Part shown: piece after piece, positions 40,058 to 50,117 of the stretch
Layout: each line of letters opens with the position of its first letter
How positions within the stretch are numbered: position 1 is the first letter of the stretch
Sequence record: NC_031010.1
Direction: 5' to 3' (one strand)
DNA: 64,000 nucleotides
The notes under the pieces: model-generated
Database searches by the model: none
Seen by the model: only the letters and a program-made list of their open reading frames with translations
What the model was told of the DNA's origin: nothing
Position numbers and translations under genes: made by a program

Positions 40058-41514
40058 TTAACCAATATTCCCTGAACGCTGCCACCAACGCGATGCTGTT
40101 GGCAAAGCAAGCTAACCTGCACATCACAGCTGATGAAGGTTCGCCCGTTTCACTGCTGAACAAAGCAACCCCAAGCGCCACGATTTACGACTCGACCATC
40201 ACCGATGAAGAGTTTTTCCAGAATCTGGCAAACGCGACCAAAGCGCGCAAGCCGACCATGGGTACCGGTGAAGAAACGATCGTCGTGGATACTGCCGCGG
40301 GCGCTGAAATGCTGCGTGTCGATGACCACGAACCCACCCTGTTCGAACTGAAGAACATGGCGGTACAGCGTGTGAACGGTATGGTCGATTTTGGCCGTAA
40401 CGTTGTGCAGCCGTTTATCGATGACGTGTTGAAGAACATGGACGTGCGTCCGGTTCAGGACACCTCGGAAGACTGGTCACTGGAGCCGGTATCGATGGAA
40501 GCCTCTATCGATGACCCGCTGGTGAATGCGCTTATCAACAGCGTGGCCAAACCCACCGCGTTTGATTTCGTGCGCGAAGCGGCCGGTATTAAAGTGCCGG
40601 AAGGTATCGAGCCACCAGTATCGGGTAGCCGTGCGCTGGACGATTTGGTTGCGCGTATCCTGAACGAAAAAGGCTGGAGCATTGGTGATGCCCTGAGCCG
40701 CATGGCGGAACCGTTTAACGTTTCCCCAGCGAACCCCGATGCCCCGAACTTTGCCAAAGACCAAGTGCTGTTTATGCTGCTCTCGTCTTACTACGTGGAC
40801 AACCCGTGGGAAGGCAGCGGCGTAACAGCCAGCAAATGGGAAAACATCCTCAACGGTATCTTCTACTCCACCGTGAGCTGGACGTACCTGTTCGCCCAGA
40901 ACATTGTTGAGCGTGCCCATTCTGGTCAGGTCGTGTACTCGTTCTCCCGTGCTGACAAAACCGTTTACGTTTGTCAAGAAGCGTTTGACAAGTACCTCGA
41001 AGATGGCGGTACCACCGAAGCGCTGCTGGGTGCTATCTACGCCAACGACGAAGGCGACATGAAAGCGTCACTGCTGGGATCGTCCATCATTGACCGTCTG
41101 GCCCACTACACGCAGGTGTGGGAGCGTCGCTCTTCAGTGAGCCGCATGAAGGAAGACACCGATTGGTTATCTGCAAACCGTCAGGCGTTGAAAGCCGCGT
41201 TTACGGTTGCGCTGAATAATGCCGACCCGGAAACCTTCGCGCGTAACGCAGCGGATGAGCTCTTCACACCTGAGCAGATTCGCATCGGGGTGTTCTCCTC
41301 TATCGACTATCGCTTCAACCGTGACTGCACGGACATTGCGGCATTCGTTATCCCACTGACCGCTGCGGAAGTCTTTGGCGAATACGAAATCAGTAAACTG
41401 CTGATGGCGATTCACGAGGGTATGATCAGAAATGATAACCCAGCCGAAGTCGCGTCCGAGTGGGCAGCGAACTACATCATCGAATGGCTGATGCTGGGTC
41501 TGCTGGTTGAATAA
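40054..41514 (+). CDS. Putative head protein (SPN3US gp243-like position)
   Basis: 486 aa, GGAGG RBS; synteny within the vRNAP/protease cluster. Confidence 0.55.
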   Translation: MINQYSLNAATNAMLLAKQANLHITADEGSPVSLLNKATPSATIYDSTITDEEFFQNLANATKARKPTMGTGEETIVVDTAAGAEMLRVDDHEPTLFELKNMAVQRVNGMVDFGRNVVQPFIDDVLKNMDVRPVQDTSEDWSLEPVSMEASIDDPLVNALINSVAKPTAFDFVREAAGIKVPEGIEPPVSGSRALDDLVARILNEKGWSIGDALSRMAEPFNVSPANPDAPNFAKDQVLFMLLSSYYVDNPWEGSGVTASKWENILNGIFYSTVSWTYLFAQNIVERAHSGQVVYSFSRADKTVYVCQEAFDKYLEDGGTTEALLGAIYANDEGDMKASLLGSSIIDRLAHYTQVWERRSSVSRMKEDTDWLSANRQALKAAFTVALNNADPETFARNAADELFTPEQIRIGVFSSIDYRFNRDCTDIAAFVIPLTAAEVFGEYEISKLLMAIHEGMIRNDNPAEVASEWAANYIIEWLMLGLLVE

Positions 41515-41537
41515 CCTGCCTACACGGGAGGGTTGCC

Positions 41538-42260
41538 ATGAGCGCCATTGAAACAGCAACGCGGAATCCCAGTAAGGTGCACGCGGATTTGATGAAGCAA
41601 GGCGTGGCGACATTAACCAAAGGGGGGTGTTTCATTTACATCCCCGTTGGCTTCGCATCAAAGGAGCTGGCGTTTATCTCCAGCACGGTTGAGATTGTTG
41701 GCATGTTTGCTATCAGTACCGACCGTAAAACCTTTGGCGTGAGTAACGTCACAACGCTGATTGAAATCACCCCTTCCTCTTTTGAGGAAATTACGGTTCA
41801 CGGCGAGCCGTACTACGAATTCCGATTCGACCCGGGGACGGTAGTATTCCCGAACCGACAGCTACAGGTCGTCTCCAACCACGTCTACAACATTGCTTCC
41901 TTTGTGTATGACTTTGGTAACCGTCCGTTCTGGATGAACGCGGTGGACGATGCTGAGCTGCTATCGAATACAAAAAAATGGAATGGCTTCCAAGTATTCG
42001 CAGACCAGATTACCGCTGACTGTTATGCTGCACACACGCAGCGTACGCTCGGTGACCCGCGTCAGTTCTTTCGTTATTCGTTGAAGAAGGACTCGGACTT
42101 GTTCAAACCTGTCCAGTTCATTCCTCTGCGCGACGGCAGCCTAAACAAAACATCTCGTTTGGCGAAACTCGCCGACGTTGAATTACGTCGCGGTATTATG
42201 TCCGCGCTGTCAGTCGACCCGGTACGAGCCGAACCACTCGAAGATCTCTTTATGCGGTAA
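41538..42260 (+). CDS. Virion RNA polymerase beta' C-terminal subunit (SPN3US gp244-like)
   Basis: C-terminal SLNKTSRLAKLADVELRRGIMSAL...AEPLEDL resembles RpoC [25 protein letters not shown]...DELRGLKE; directly upstream of the protease. Confidence 0.65.
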   Translation: MSAIETATRNPSKVHADLMKQGVATLTKGGCFIYIPVGFASKELAFISSTVEIVGMFAISTDRKTFGVSNVTTLIEITPSSFEEITVHGEPYYEFRFDPGTVVFPNRQLQVVSNHVYNIASFVYDFGNRPFWMNAVDDAELLSNTKKWNGFQVFADQITADCYAAHTQRTLGDPRQFFRYSLKKDSDLFKPVQFIPLRDGSLNKTSRLAKLADVELRRGIMSALSVDPVRAEPLEDLFMR

Positions 42261-42272
42261 TCAGGAGCGGTC

Positions 42273-43088
42273 ATGGAAAATTTATCGATGCGTTACAACT
42301 GTGTAGCGCTCGCCGGTGTCAACGCCGGGGCTTCACTGCAAAAAGACAGCGACGGCTACTACCGCGTGCTGCTGGCGGCGCTGAACGTGTTCAACTCCGA
42401 AGGGGTGTTCTACGCGTTCAACGAATCCAAGCACGTGTTCGATCGTTCGAATGTCTTTATGCGCAAAGTACAGGCAGGTAACCTCTACGGTGAAGAGGAT
42501 CACCCACCGTGGGAACAAGGCATGTCGGATTCGGCGTTTATGGAACGCAACGAATGGATTGAAACCAAAAACGTTTCACACCACATTCGTGAAGTCGAAC
42601 TCGTCAACACCACGCAGACCTGTAATGGGATGCCTGTGGTCGAAGTGTGGGGTTGGGTTAAACCTAACCGTGAACGTGGCCCGCTGTTGGCGGAAGCGCT
42701 GGAAAACCCACACCAGAACGTCTGCTTCTCACTGCGTGCCATCGTACGTGAGAAACGTGTCAACGGTGTTGTCACTCGTCGTATTGACAAGCTCATCACC
42801 TTTGACTGGGTTATTGAAGACGGTCTGCAGATCTGTAACAAATACTCCGCGATGCAGCGTGGCTCTAAAGTCGCGCAAGAATCGACCCGTATGTATTTGG
42901 ACCGTGTCATCACCCGTGAAGCGCTGGAAGATATCCTTTACAGTGCACGCGAGAAGACACTGGTCGGAACAGAGTCGACCCGTCAGAATCAACTGCGTTC
43001 CATCGCAGAGGAATACTTAGGCTTTGCTGCGCAAGCTGAGCAACGCTCTAACTTCCGTGTGATGGGCTTAGGGACGAAGCGCTGGTAA
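42273..43088 (+). CDS. Prohead (head maturation) protease (phiKZ gp175 / SPN3US gp245-like)
   Basis: LYGEEDHP (His), VCFSLRA (Ser), TFDWV (Asp); C-terminal AQE autocleavage-type site. Confidence 0.85.
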   Translation: MENLSMRYNCVALAGVNAGASLQKDSDGYYRVLLAALNVFNSEGVFYAFNESKHVFDRSNVFMRKVQAGNLYGEEDHPPWEQGMSDSAFMERNEWIETKNVSHHIREVELVNTTQTCNGMPVVEVWGWVKPNRERGPLLAEALENPHQNVCFSLRAIVREKRVNGVVTRRIDKLITFDWVIEDGLQICNKYSAMQRGSKVAQESTRMYLDRVITREALEDILYSAREKTLVGTESTRQNQLRSIAEEYLGFAAQAEQRSNFRVMGLGTKRW

Positions 43089-43714
43089 TGGACACTTACG
43101 CCGCGTCTCTTGAGAAATGGCTTCAGAACCAGATGCCCCGTGTGGCGAAGAAATCAACCCTTCGCCTGCTGGACACCCCGCCGTTGCACATCAGCACCGC
43201 GCGGATTAAAATGTTCAGCCCACGTATTCCGTTGTCGTTAACGAATGATGAAGACAAAACCGTTCCGCGGGTTTGTTGTTCAGTCGACTTAGCCCGGTGC
43301 CTTGCATCGGCCCGTCACATTCTGAGAACGGATGAACCGCCCCGTCAGATTTTTATCTACGCGTTTACTGAACGAAGTGTTGTTCAGCCGTCGATAGAAC
43401 TCAGTCAGGAACCGGTACGTGCTGGGGAAGTGTGGATTGTGCCGCATCGCATGGGGAACTGGGAATTGTACCCGGATGTGATTGGTGAACTCCGCCTGAT
43501 GGAAATGAACGGGGAAGGTAATCGCTTTGTCTTTGCAGTCCGCTGTGGACAGAGCGTTACATTGCGCAACGGTGAAACGCTGCGCGAGGGTCCGATTTAC
43601 CGTATCGAAGTGACGATTAACCGTCAGGACTGTACGGTAAATGTGGGTGAGTGCTGGGAGATTGATCCTAGCATTTTCGATCGTGCACTTGACTGTTACA
43701 CCGTCAGCAACTAG
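43088..43714 (+). CDS. Hypothetical protein, possibly ADP-ribosyltransferase-like
   Basis: LHIS...FSPRIP...ED..VPRVCCS...GEVW pattern. Confidence 0.4.
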   Translation: MDTYAASLEKWLQNQMPRVAKKSTLRLLDTPPLHISTARIKMFSPRIPLSLTNDEDKTVPRVCCSVDLARCLASARHILRTDEPPRQIFIYAFTERSVVQPSIELSQEPVRAGEVWIVPHRMGNWELYPDVIGELRLMEMNGEGNRFVFAVRCGQSVTLRNGETLREGPIYRIEVTINRQDCTVNVGECWEIDPSIFDRALDCYTVSN

Positions 43715-43758
43715 CTCCAGTGTTCGTGGTCTGCAATCACATCACACGAGGGGGTCGC

Positions 43759-44061
43759 ATGAAGGTTGTAAATGTTAAAGTACCTCCGAGCCTTCAGTCG
43801 CTCTCAGCCGATGAGCTTAAGCAACTGGCGGTCCGTACGATTATTGGTCGTGGCGGGAAGGAAGCACTGATTGAGGTATTGGGTTTAGGCGGGCGGTTGG
43901 ACACCAAACGCAAACTCAACAACGCCGCTTCTGCGGTCGCGCCGATGGACTTGGCTGCGTTCGCACTCGACCTGCAAATGGTTGGGACAGACATTGATTT
44001 CAATAAGACGTATTTCTTGCTAGCCGAACCTCTGCGTGGTCTCTTAACGCTGAAGCAATAA
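43759..44061 (+). CDS. Hypothetical protein
   Basis: GAGGGG RBS, ATG 43759. Confidence 0.6.
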   Translation: MKVVNVKVPPSLQSLSADELKQLAVRTIIGRGGKEALIEVLGLGGRLDTKRKLNNAASAVAPMDLAAFALDLQMVGTDIDFNKTYFLLAEPLRGLLTLKQ

Positions 44062-44165
44062 TGCGAAGGGAGACCGTGCACCTTCAGTAATGGTGGGGGC
44101 TGTTACTTTTTTACTGCATATGGGTTTGATGTAGTAGAGGTTGTCACGGATTAGGATCAATTGAA

Positions 44166-44717
44166 ATGATTAGTTTGGATAGCGATGGCGTGTTTGCCGC
44201 TTGGCGAAAGTATGTGTTCACCAAGCACCTAACGACGATGACCCCGGAGGTGTTTAACAAGCTTCCCGAGTCGCGTCGCCGGTTTCTGATGAGGGAGATG
44301 TATCAAAAGGACCCGGATCTGTTTTACAAGTTGGAACCCATTCCCGGTACTGAGAAAATACTCGAGGCCGCGATGACATGCACAGACGGTTGGCAGATAC
44401 TGACTTCGGCAGCAGATGATCACCCCGAGTACAATCATGTCGTTGAGTGTAAACACGAATGGTTTAAAAAGCATTTTGCTGTACCCGCTGCGCGTATTAC
44501 CGTCGTGGAGAATTCGGCAGCGAAAAAACAATACGCAGGACGCGGAGACATGCTGGTCGACGATTATCGTCGTAACTGTAACGAGTGGTCAGTCAATGGT
44601 GGTTTTGCGGTATGGACGTTAACAGACCGCCCAGACATTGACGGCATCGTCAGTATCATCAGCAACTATCAGGAAGATGCAAGCTTGGGCACAGGCCTGC
44701 TTTTGCAATTGCATTAA
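44166..44717 (+). CDS. HAD-family 5'(3')-deoxyribonucleotidase-like protein
   Basis: ISLDSDGV, ILTS, K..W...HF, LVDDY..N..EW...GG motifs. Confidence 0.8.
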   Translation: MISLDSDGVFAAWRKYVFTKHLTTMTPEVFNKLPESRRRFLMREMYQKDPDLFYKLEPIPGTEKILEAAMTCTDGWQILTSAADDHPEYNHVVECKHEWFKKHFAVPAARITVVENSAAKKQYAGRGDMLVDDYRRNCNEWSVNGGFAVWTLTDRPDIDGIVSIISNYQEDASLGTGLLLQLH

Positions 44718-44730
44718 ACCGGTTTATCAG

Positions 44731-44772
44731 AGGTGGGTCCCTTCGGGGGCTCACCCCTACTCTATTTTTTTA
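44731..44772 (+). terminator. Intrinsic terminator
   Basis: GGTGGGTCCC-TTCG-GGGGCTCACC hairpin plus T-tract. Confidence 0.7.
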
Positions 44773-44774
44773 GA

Positions 44775-44802
44775 GATAGATATTATCCATGTGAGCTATT
44801 AC
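44775..44802 (+). promoter_or_regulatory. Putative early promoter, class A
   Basis: GATAGATATTAT-ccat-GTG-agctattac. Confidence 0.6.
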
Positions 44803-44842
44803 GTATTAAGCTTTACTAATCGACTAATCATAGAGGCCTATC

Positions 44843-45529
44843 ATGGAAAAGATGTCTGGTTTGGAAATCAATGCACTGCGTTTGAAAGTTCGTACTTACT
44901 TCAAAGAGTTCTACAAGAAGACCGATTCTGCTCATCGTATCGACCACATCGATTCGGTGATAACCAACACAATTCGTATCTGTCATCTGATGGACTGGCA
45001 AGAGCACCTGCCACTGGCTATCGTTGCCGCCGGTCTGCATGACATTTACAGCACCACTGAATTTCGCACTGACCATCACATCCGGGCATTCACTTGGGCC
45101 ATGGATAACAAAGCCAAACTCAAGCGTCGCTTTAAGATGACTGACGATGATGTGATGACGGTTGCCTACGCTGCGTTGGAACATCGGGGCTCGTACAAAG
45201 GTGAGCGCTACAACGGTATCGTGTCTGAGATACTGGCCGCGGCTGACCGGGGTATTCCGTCCACCGAGGAAGTCAGCAATTACGCTGGAAGGTCCTATTT
45301 GTACGCGCGCTCACATGGCAAGTCGTCCACCGATGCGAAGTTCCATGCCATTCGTCACATCCAAGACAAATTCGGTCGTAACGGTTATGGTCGTGTACCT
45401 GACTGGTACGGCGTTTTATTTGCAGAGCGTTTAGAGAAACGGTTGGAGCTGATTGAGTCACTCGATATCGATTTCTTCGATGCTGCATTTACCCAAGAGT
45501 TAGAACGTACCTACCAAGCGTCCCTTTGA
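44843..45529 (+). CDS. HD-domain phosphohydrolase
   Basis: AHRIDHI..V, AAGLHDI, LEHR and ILAAAD motifs. Confidence 0.8.
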   Translation: MEKMSGLEINALRLKVRTYFKEFYKKTDSAHRIDHIDSVITNTIRICHLMDWQEHLPLAIVAAGLHDIYSTTEFRTDHHIRAFTWAMDNKAKLKRRFKMTDDDVMTVAYAALEHRGSYKGERYNGIVSEILAAADRGIPSTEEVSNYAGRSYLYARSHGKSSTDAKFHAIRHIQDKFGRNGYGRVPDWYGVLFAERLEKRLELIESLDIDFFDAAFTQELERTYQASL

Positions 45530-45540
45530 AAATAAAAAGG

Positions 45541-45568
45541 GATAGATATTATTTCCGTGAACTACTAC
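45541..45568 (+). promoter_or_regulatory. Putative early promoter, class A
   Basis: GATAGATATTAT-ttcc-GTG-aactactac. Confidence 0.6.
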
Positions 45569-45594
45569 CCATTAACCATTGTAAGGATTAAAGA

Positions 45595-46104
45595 ATGACC
45601 GTTAAACTGCACTCACTGAAAGACCTCGTTGCCGCTCTGTCTCCAGAAGACGAAAGCATTGTTACCATCAACGAAAACAACGGCCTCGATGGCGCGGTCA
45701 AAGACCGTGTGAACGAAGCGTACGCAGCGACCCTGCCGACGCTGTCACTGGAAGTGCCGGAAGACCACAAAGGTAAACTGGTCTATCAGGTTACCCCAAC
45801 CGATATGGATGGCTTCCGTAAGCACGATGCTAACTTCGGTGAAGCGCTGGGCTCAATCATCGCACCGGTTGTAGCGGCACACGTTAAGGCCAACGAAGAC
45901 GTGGCGCAGCTGGACCTGACGGTGAACGTCGGTAATGCCGACTTCTCCACCGTGTTCGCGCGTCCGACCAGTGAGACCCCGTCTGAGAAAGAGTGGGCGT
46001 CCTCCATCGGCTTTGGTTATTCCACGCCGAAGATGAAGTCGCTGGAAGGTAAGGTCCGCAAAGACTTCGGCAAGTCCTTCTTCGAAACTGAAGATGAAGA
46101 GTAA
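45595..46104 (+). CDS. Hypothetical acidic protein
   Basis: AAGGA RBS; strongly biased codon usage suggests high expression. Confidence 0.7.
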   Translation: MTVKLHSLKDLVAALSPEDESIVTINENNGLDGAVKDRVNEAYAATLPTLSLEVPEDHKGKLVYQVTPTDMDGFRKHDANFGEALGSIIAPVVAAHVKANEDVAQLDLTVNVGNADFSTVFARPTSETPSEKEWASSIGFGYSTPKMKSLEGKVRKDFGKSFFETEDEE

Positions 46105-46285
46105 GGGCTTCTGGGTCCCCCGGATGACCATTGAAAGTCATCCGGATGTGATTCCATTCACAGGCATTCGAAAGGATGGCACTGTCGCACCTCCTGAACA
46201 GTTGGGGATGACGATAACCATTCAACGACCGCCGTATGAGATGCCAGAGAAACCTTATCCGGTACCTAAGCAACATCGGCGGTAA
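46094..46285 (+). CDS. Possible small Pro-rich protein
   Basis: Fills the gap before a terminator; no clear RBS. Confidence 0.35.
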   Translation: MKSKGFWVPRMTIESHPDVIPFTGIRKDGTVAPPEQLGMTITIQRPPYEMPEKPYPVPKQHRR

Positions 46286-46290
46286 CACAA

Positions 46291-46325
46291 GTCCCCTACT
46301 TCGGTAGGGGCTTTCTTTTTTTGTT
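46291..46325 (+). terminator. Intrinsic terminator
   Basis: GTCCCCTAC-TTCG-GTAGGGG plus T-tract. Confidence 0.8.
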
Positions 46326-46350
46326 TTTACACGTTACCCAATACATGTGT
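46325..46350 (+). promoter_or_regulatory. Putative promoter, class B
   Basis: TTTTAC 46325-46330, N16, GTGT 46347-46350. Confidence 0.5.
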
Positions 46351-46383
46351 AGCGAACCACACACAGCATCCGAGGAATTTACC

Positions 46384-46668
46384 ATGCCCAATCTGGGAAC
46401 CATTAATCAAATCCATAACATGCCGCCAGAGCCTGTTGCCATTGCCGTACTGGAAGTGTTAGAAAAGCACCCAGAAAAGTTTCCACTCGAAGCCATTGTT
46501 GAAGTCGGGATCAGCTTTGAATTCCGGGAGAACTATATCCCGTTGGAATTCTATGACTTCCACTCACACGTCATTAAAATGAAGATGACGGCGAAAGTGC
46601 CGTACACTCAAATGCGTGTGTCTTACTTCACAGCCAAAGGCGAGTGTAATGAACTTAAAGAATCCTGA
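46384..46668 (+). CDS. Hypothetical protein
   Basis: GAGG RBS, ATG 46384. Confidence 0.6.
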   Translation: MPNLGTINQIHNMPPEPVAIAVLEVLEKHPEKFPLEAIVEVGISFEFRENYIPLEFYDFHSHVIKMKMTAKVPYTQMRVSYFTAKGECNELKES

Positions 46669-47137
46669 TTTCCGTAAAGCGTTTATGGACGACCTTGGTG
46701 CCATCGTTGACACTTACGTGGCCGCGTACAAAGGCAGCGTTGAGTCTGAAGAAACGTTTAACGGTGCAACGAACTTCGCAGCTGAACTGATTCCCCACAC
46801 CACCAACGGGTATCAGCGTTATCTGGATGAGCAACGTCAGTCCGATAACAAGGTCAGCGTGCTGGCCGGTTTCCTGATTAACCTGACGGCGCATCTGAAA
46901 TGCCAGTTTGGCACCGCGGTGTTAGATGAGCTGCAGTCGGAAATCATCAAGGTCAATCTGGTACAGGGACCCAGCGATCAATCGCGCAATGCCTTGTCGC
47001 TGTGGATGCTGGCCTACAACTCCGGTGACGAATACACCCCGCCCAGTGACTACAATGCGCTGGTCACGTATCTGTTCCTGCAACGGGCACGTTGGCTGTT
47101 GGTCAAGGGCAAAGTTGTTGAGATGACAAAAGAATAA
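46649..47137 (+). CDS. Hypothetical protein
   Basis: ATG 46649; ends at a bidirectional terminator. Confidence 0.65.
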   Translation: MNLKNPDFRKAFMDDLGAIVDTYVAAYKGSVESEETFNGATNFAAELIPHTTNGYQRYLDEQRQSDNKVSVLAGFLINLTAHLKCQFGTAVLDELQSEIIKVNLVQGPSDQSRNALSLWMLAYNSGDEYTPPSDYNALVTYLFLQRARWLLVKGKVVEMTKE

Positions 47138-47184
47138 AAGTAACCCCACTCAGATGAGTGGGGTACTTCACTTATTTTTTTTTG
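47133..47184. terminator. Bidirectional terminator (conserved family, copy 3)
   Basis: AATAAAAGTA-ACCCCACTC-agat-GAGTGGGGT-ACTTC plus T-tract, between convergent genes. Confidence 0.8.
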
Positions 47185-47186
47185 CC

Positions 47187-48065
47187 CTAGCCGCGCAGCT
47201 GGTTGGTCATGAACTCGTCAGAAACTGAACGATAACCACCCGGGGTCGCATTGACGTCTGGGTTGATGCCATCAGTTTGCTGAGACGGAGTCAGCCACAG
47301 CTTACGAGAGTACGGACGCAGACCGTACAGCTTCATGCGCTCCAGTTCCACATCCGCCGCCTGCATCGCGCCCCAACCTGTCCATTGCTGGGAGGTGAAG
47401 GAGATAGACAGTTCGTTGGTCTGTGGACCGGTGTTTGGATCACGGTCGCCCGTATCCTGACCGGCCGCTTCTGGAATCATGTTCGTGAGCCAGAAGGCGT
47501 TCTGTGCTTTGCGCTGGTACGCATCCGGTTCGATATACAGCACAGTCATGCTATACATGTCCGGCAGGAAGTCAGGTACGTTCGGGTTGATTGCAGCAAT
47601 CCCCGGGTGCCCTGTATCCTTATCCATGATGCCGTACGTCAGCCACGCCCACAGCATGTTCTGGAACACCTTACCGTGTTTATCCGGTGTGGTGTGCGTC
47701 ACAGCTGAGATAGCTTCGGTAACCATACCCGCTTCATACTGGATACGGTTGTTACGGCCCTGCTGGGTCTGCACGGCTTCGTGGCTCAGGGTCTTGTCCA
47801 GTCCAGAGATGGTGGAGTGCACCTCAATGAAGGACTTGATGGCCTGACGCCAGATAGCCGGGTTCGGCATGTAGTCTACCCATTTCGGGTATTCCATCAC
47901 GCGGGCAATGACGTTACGACGCAGACGGTGGGCGTTCGTAACAAACTTACCAACCTGTCCAACCGGGCCGTTCTGGCCCGAGCTGAATGGGTTGACCATG
48001 TCGTATTTACCGCCATCGACATGCAGGCCTTGGTCAGGAAGGACCAAACGTTCAACAAGTGCCAT
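47187..48065 (-). CDS. Tail tube protein (phiKZ gp30 / SPN3US gp255-like)
   Basis: 292 aa, directly downstream of the sheath gene; YSMTVLYIEPD and LSISFT tube-like strands. Confidence 0.75.
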   Translation of the reverse strand: MALVERLVLPDQGLHVDGGKYDMVNPFSSGQNGPVGQVGKFVTNAHRLRRNVIARVMEYPKWVDYMPNPAIWRQAIKSFIEVHSTISGLDKTLSHEAVQTQQGRNNRIQYEAGMVTEAISAVTHTTPDKHGKVFQNMLWAWLTYGIMDKDTGHPGIAAINPNVPDFLPDMYSMTVLYIEPDAYQRKAQNAFWLTNMIPEAAGQDTGDRDPNTGPQTNELSISFTSQQWTGWGAMQAADVELERMKLYGLRPYSRKLWLTPSQQTDGINPDVNATPGGYRSVSDEFMTNQLRG

Positions 48066-48071
48066 GTTCTA

Positions 48072-50117
48072 TCACCCCCGACGTGTCACTTTGATAGTGG
48101 TATTGAATTGAGTCAGCAATACACCGCCGGCACAGTTCAGGTCCAGTGTGATTGAGTACCCGTTCGCGATGTCTTCTGCTGTGAAGTAGGCTTTCGGCGT
48201 GATATCAGCGATACCATCCAGACGGCCTGCTAAACGAGCAATGATGTTGTTTTCAACATCCTTCGCTACTTCGTCACGGGTCATGCGGTCTTCACCAGTG
48301 GTGTCGGCCCATACACGATCGGAAACGCGGTAGACGTAAGTCATCGCGGCGTTGAACATTGCGTTGTTCAGAACGGAACGGTCTTCGCTGTAGATGGACT
48401 GAATCGCCGGAATGAACAGACGATAGTAGTCGAAGCTACGCGCGGTGATGAGGTTCGCTTCCCAGTCGGAGGCGTACACGTCATTACCCTTCCACGGCTG
48501 TGACAGGTCAGCCAAATCTTCAATCACGGTTTTGGAACCGCGGTTGAAACGGGCTTCTGTCTTACAGATGCCATTACCCGCGCCCATGTACTTGGAGAAG
48601 AAGCTTGCGATACTGTAGAGCATCGGCACGCGCTTTTTCCAGCTGGAGTTACGGATGATGGCAGACTGGCCAGCAATCAGACCACGTGCCGCCGGGGTAC
48701 CGAAGAAATCGGATTCCGGGATGGAGGTGATCATTTCGTTCAGCGCAATCTTCGCCGCTTCTTCGGTCTGGTCGTCGTTGGTACCTTGGTTGTACACGTG
48801 CGTACACAGTGCCAAGAAGGTATTACGAGACCCGGCGAGGAAGTTGCACAGCGACTGCTTGGTTTCCATGCTGAAACCGGAGTCCCAGAAGAAGCCCAGT
48901 GAGTATTTCAACTCATTGTCGTAGCGCACTTTACCGCCGTCCGGGAACAGCTGCATCTCACGGCTGACGAGTTCGTCGTAGACGTCGTCATTCATGGTGC
49001 CGTCTGAACCGCCAGACAGGAAGTGGATATTGCTGCCGCCCAGAATGGCTTTGCCGGTGACGGTTGCAGAGTTAACCTGCAGACCATCGTACAGACCGCC
49101 GTTCAGGTCGTAACCTGCGAAGATGTCCACGAGCCATTTCGACGTAGGCGCTTTCGGACCCACAACCGCGAAGGCCAAGTCCAGAACCGCTTCCATGTTT
49201 TCTTGGTAAACGTGGAACTCTTCGAACGGACCGTAGTCCGGCAGGTTGCCGTAATCCGGCAGCTTGTTACGGTAGCTGTCCGCAACAACGTTAGCGAAGT
49301 CCAGGTCGAGCTTCATCGCTTGATAATATGCATCAGGCATAAAGCTGAACTTGATGCTGCTGAGTCCGCCGATTGTCTTCCAGATGACGGGAGACGTAAC
49401 CCCTTTCAGGGTTTCGAAGAACTGCAGGCTGAACACGCGCGCGCCAACGTCTTCTTGATACTTCGCCGACAACGCCGGTGAAGATTTGGCATGCAACGGA
49501 ACGAGTTTATAGCCGAAGCCATTCGCGTCCGCGCCCGCATATGGGGCTTTAATGTCCCACATCGGATAAAGCTTGGACTTCTGTCCGCCGGTGCCGGTGC
49601 GATCGCCATCGACGACTTTACCATTTTTGAATTCGCCGGTCTGTTCGTTAATCTCGACAACGCGATAAACGATGTCCAGACCCAGTACCTGCGATTCAAC
49701 CTTCGGCTTGCCATCGGCACCGTACTGCACTGCGCCGTTAGCGTCACGGGTGTATTTGGGAACTTCCGTTTCCAAAACATCCGCTACCATACGGTGCGTT
49801 GCGGTGGCGGCATCGTCAGGCACCAAACGCTGCATCATCATCTCGTTCGCGTTGGCGTTGAACATTGCCATAAACGGCGTGTTGAACGTTACGAACGGAC
49901 TGCGCAAATCGAACAGGTTGCGTCCGAAAAGTGACAAAGCATTATCCCCGACAACCGGGAACGCCTCGTTGTCCACATTGCGCTGCGCGAAGGTGAAGAT
50001 CAGCGGCTTATGAATGGGGTCACCGGTTGGTGTCCGCACAAGCGGTAGGACAGAAATATCCTGCCACCCCTGCTTGTTATTCAATGGCGCGCCGTTTCGT
50101 GGAATAAAAATACTCAT
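48072..50117 (-). CDS. Tail sheath protein (phiKZ gp29 / SPN3US gp256-like)
   Basis: About 680 aa; FLSGGSDG and FWDSGFS..K motifs; sheath-tube pair; start MSIFIP after GGAG. Confidence 0.8.
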   Translation of the reverse strand: MSIFIPRNGAPLNNKQGWQDISVLPLVRTPTGDPIHKPLIFTFAQRNVDNEAFPVVGDNALSLFGRNLFDLRSPFVTFNTPFMAMFNANANEMMMQRLVPDDAATATHRMVADVLETEVPKYTRDANGAVQYGADGKPKVESQVLGLDIVYRVVEINEQTGEFKNGKVVDGDRTGTGGQKSKLYPMWDIKAPYAGADANGFGYKLVPLHAKSSPALSAKYQEDVGARVFSLQFFETLKGVTSPVIWKTIGGLSSIKFSFMPDAYYQAMKLDLDFANVVADSYRNKLPDYGNLPDYGPFEEFHVYQENMEAVLDLAFAVVGPKAPTSKWLVDIFAGYDLNGGLYDGLQVNSATVTGKAILGGSNIHFLSGGSDGTMNDDVYDELVSREMQLFPDGGKVRYDNELKYSLGFFWDSGFSMETKQSLCNFLAGSRNTFLALCTHVYNQGTNDDQTEEAAKIALNEMITSIPESDFFGTPAARGLIAGQSAIIRNSSWKKRVPMLYSIASFFSKYMGAGNGICKTEARFNRGSKTVIEDLADLSQPWKGNDVYASDWEANLITARSFDYYRLFIPAIQSIYSEDRSVLNNAMFNAAMTYVYRVSDRVWADTTGEDRMTRDEVAKDVENNIIARLAGRLDGIADITPKAYFTAEDIANGYSITLDLNCAGGVLLTQFNTTIKVTRRG

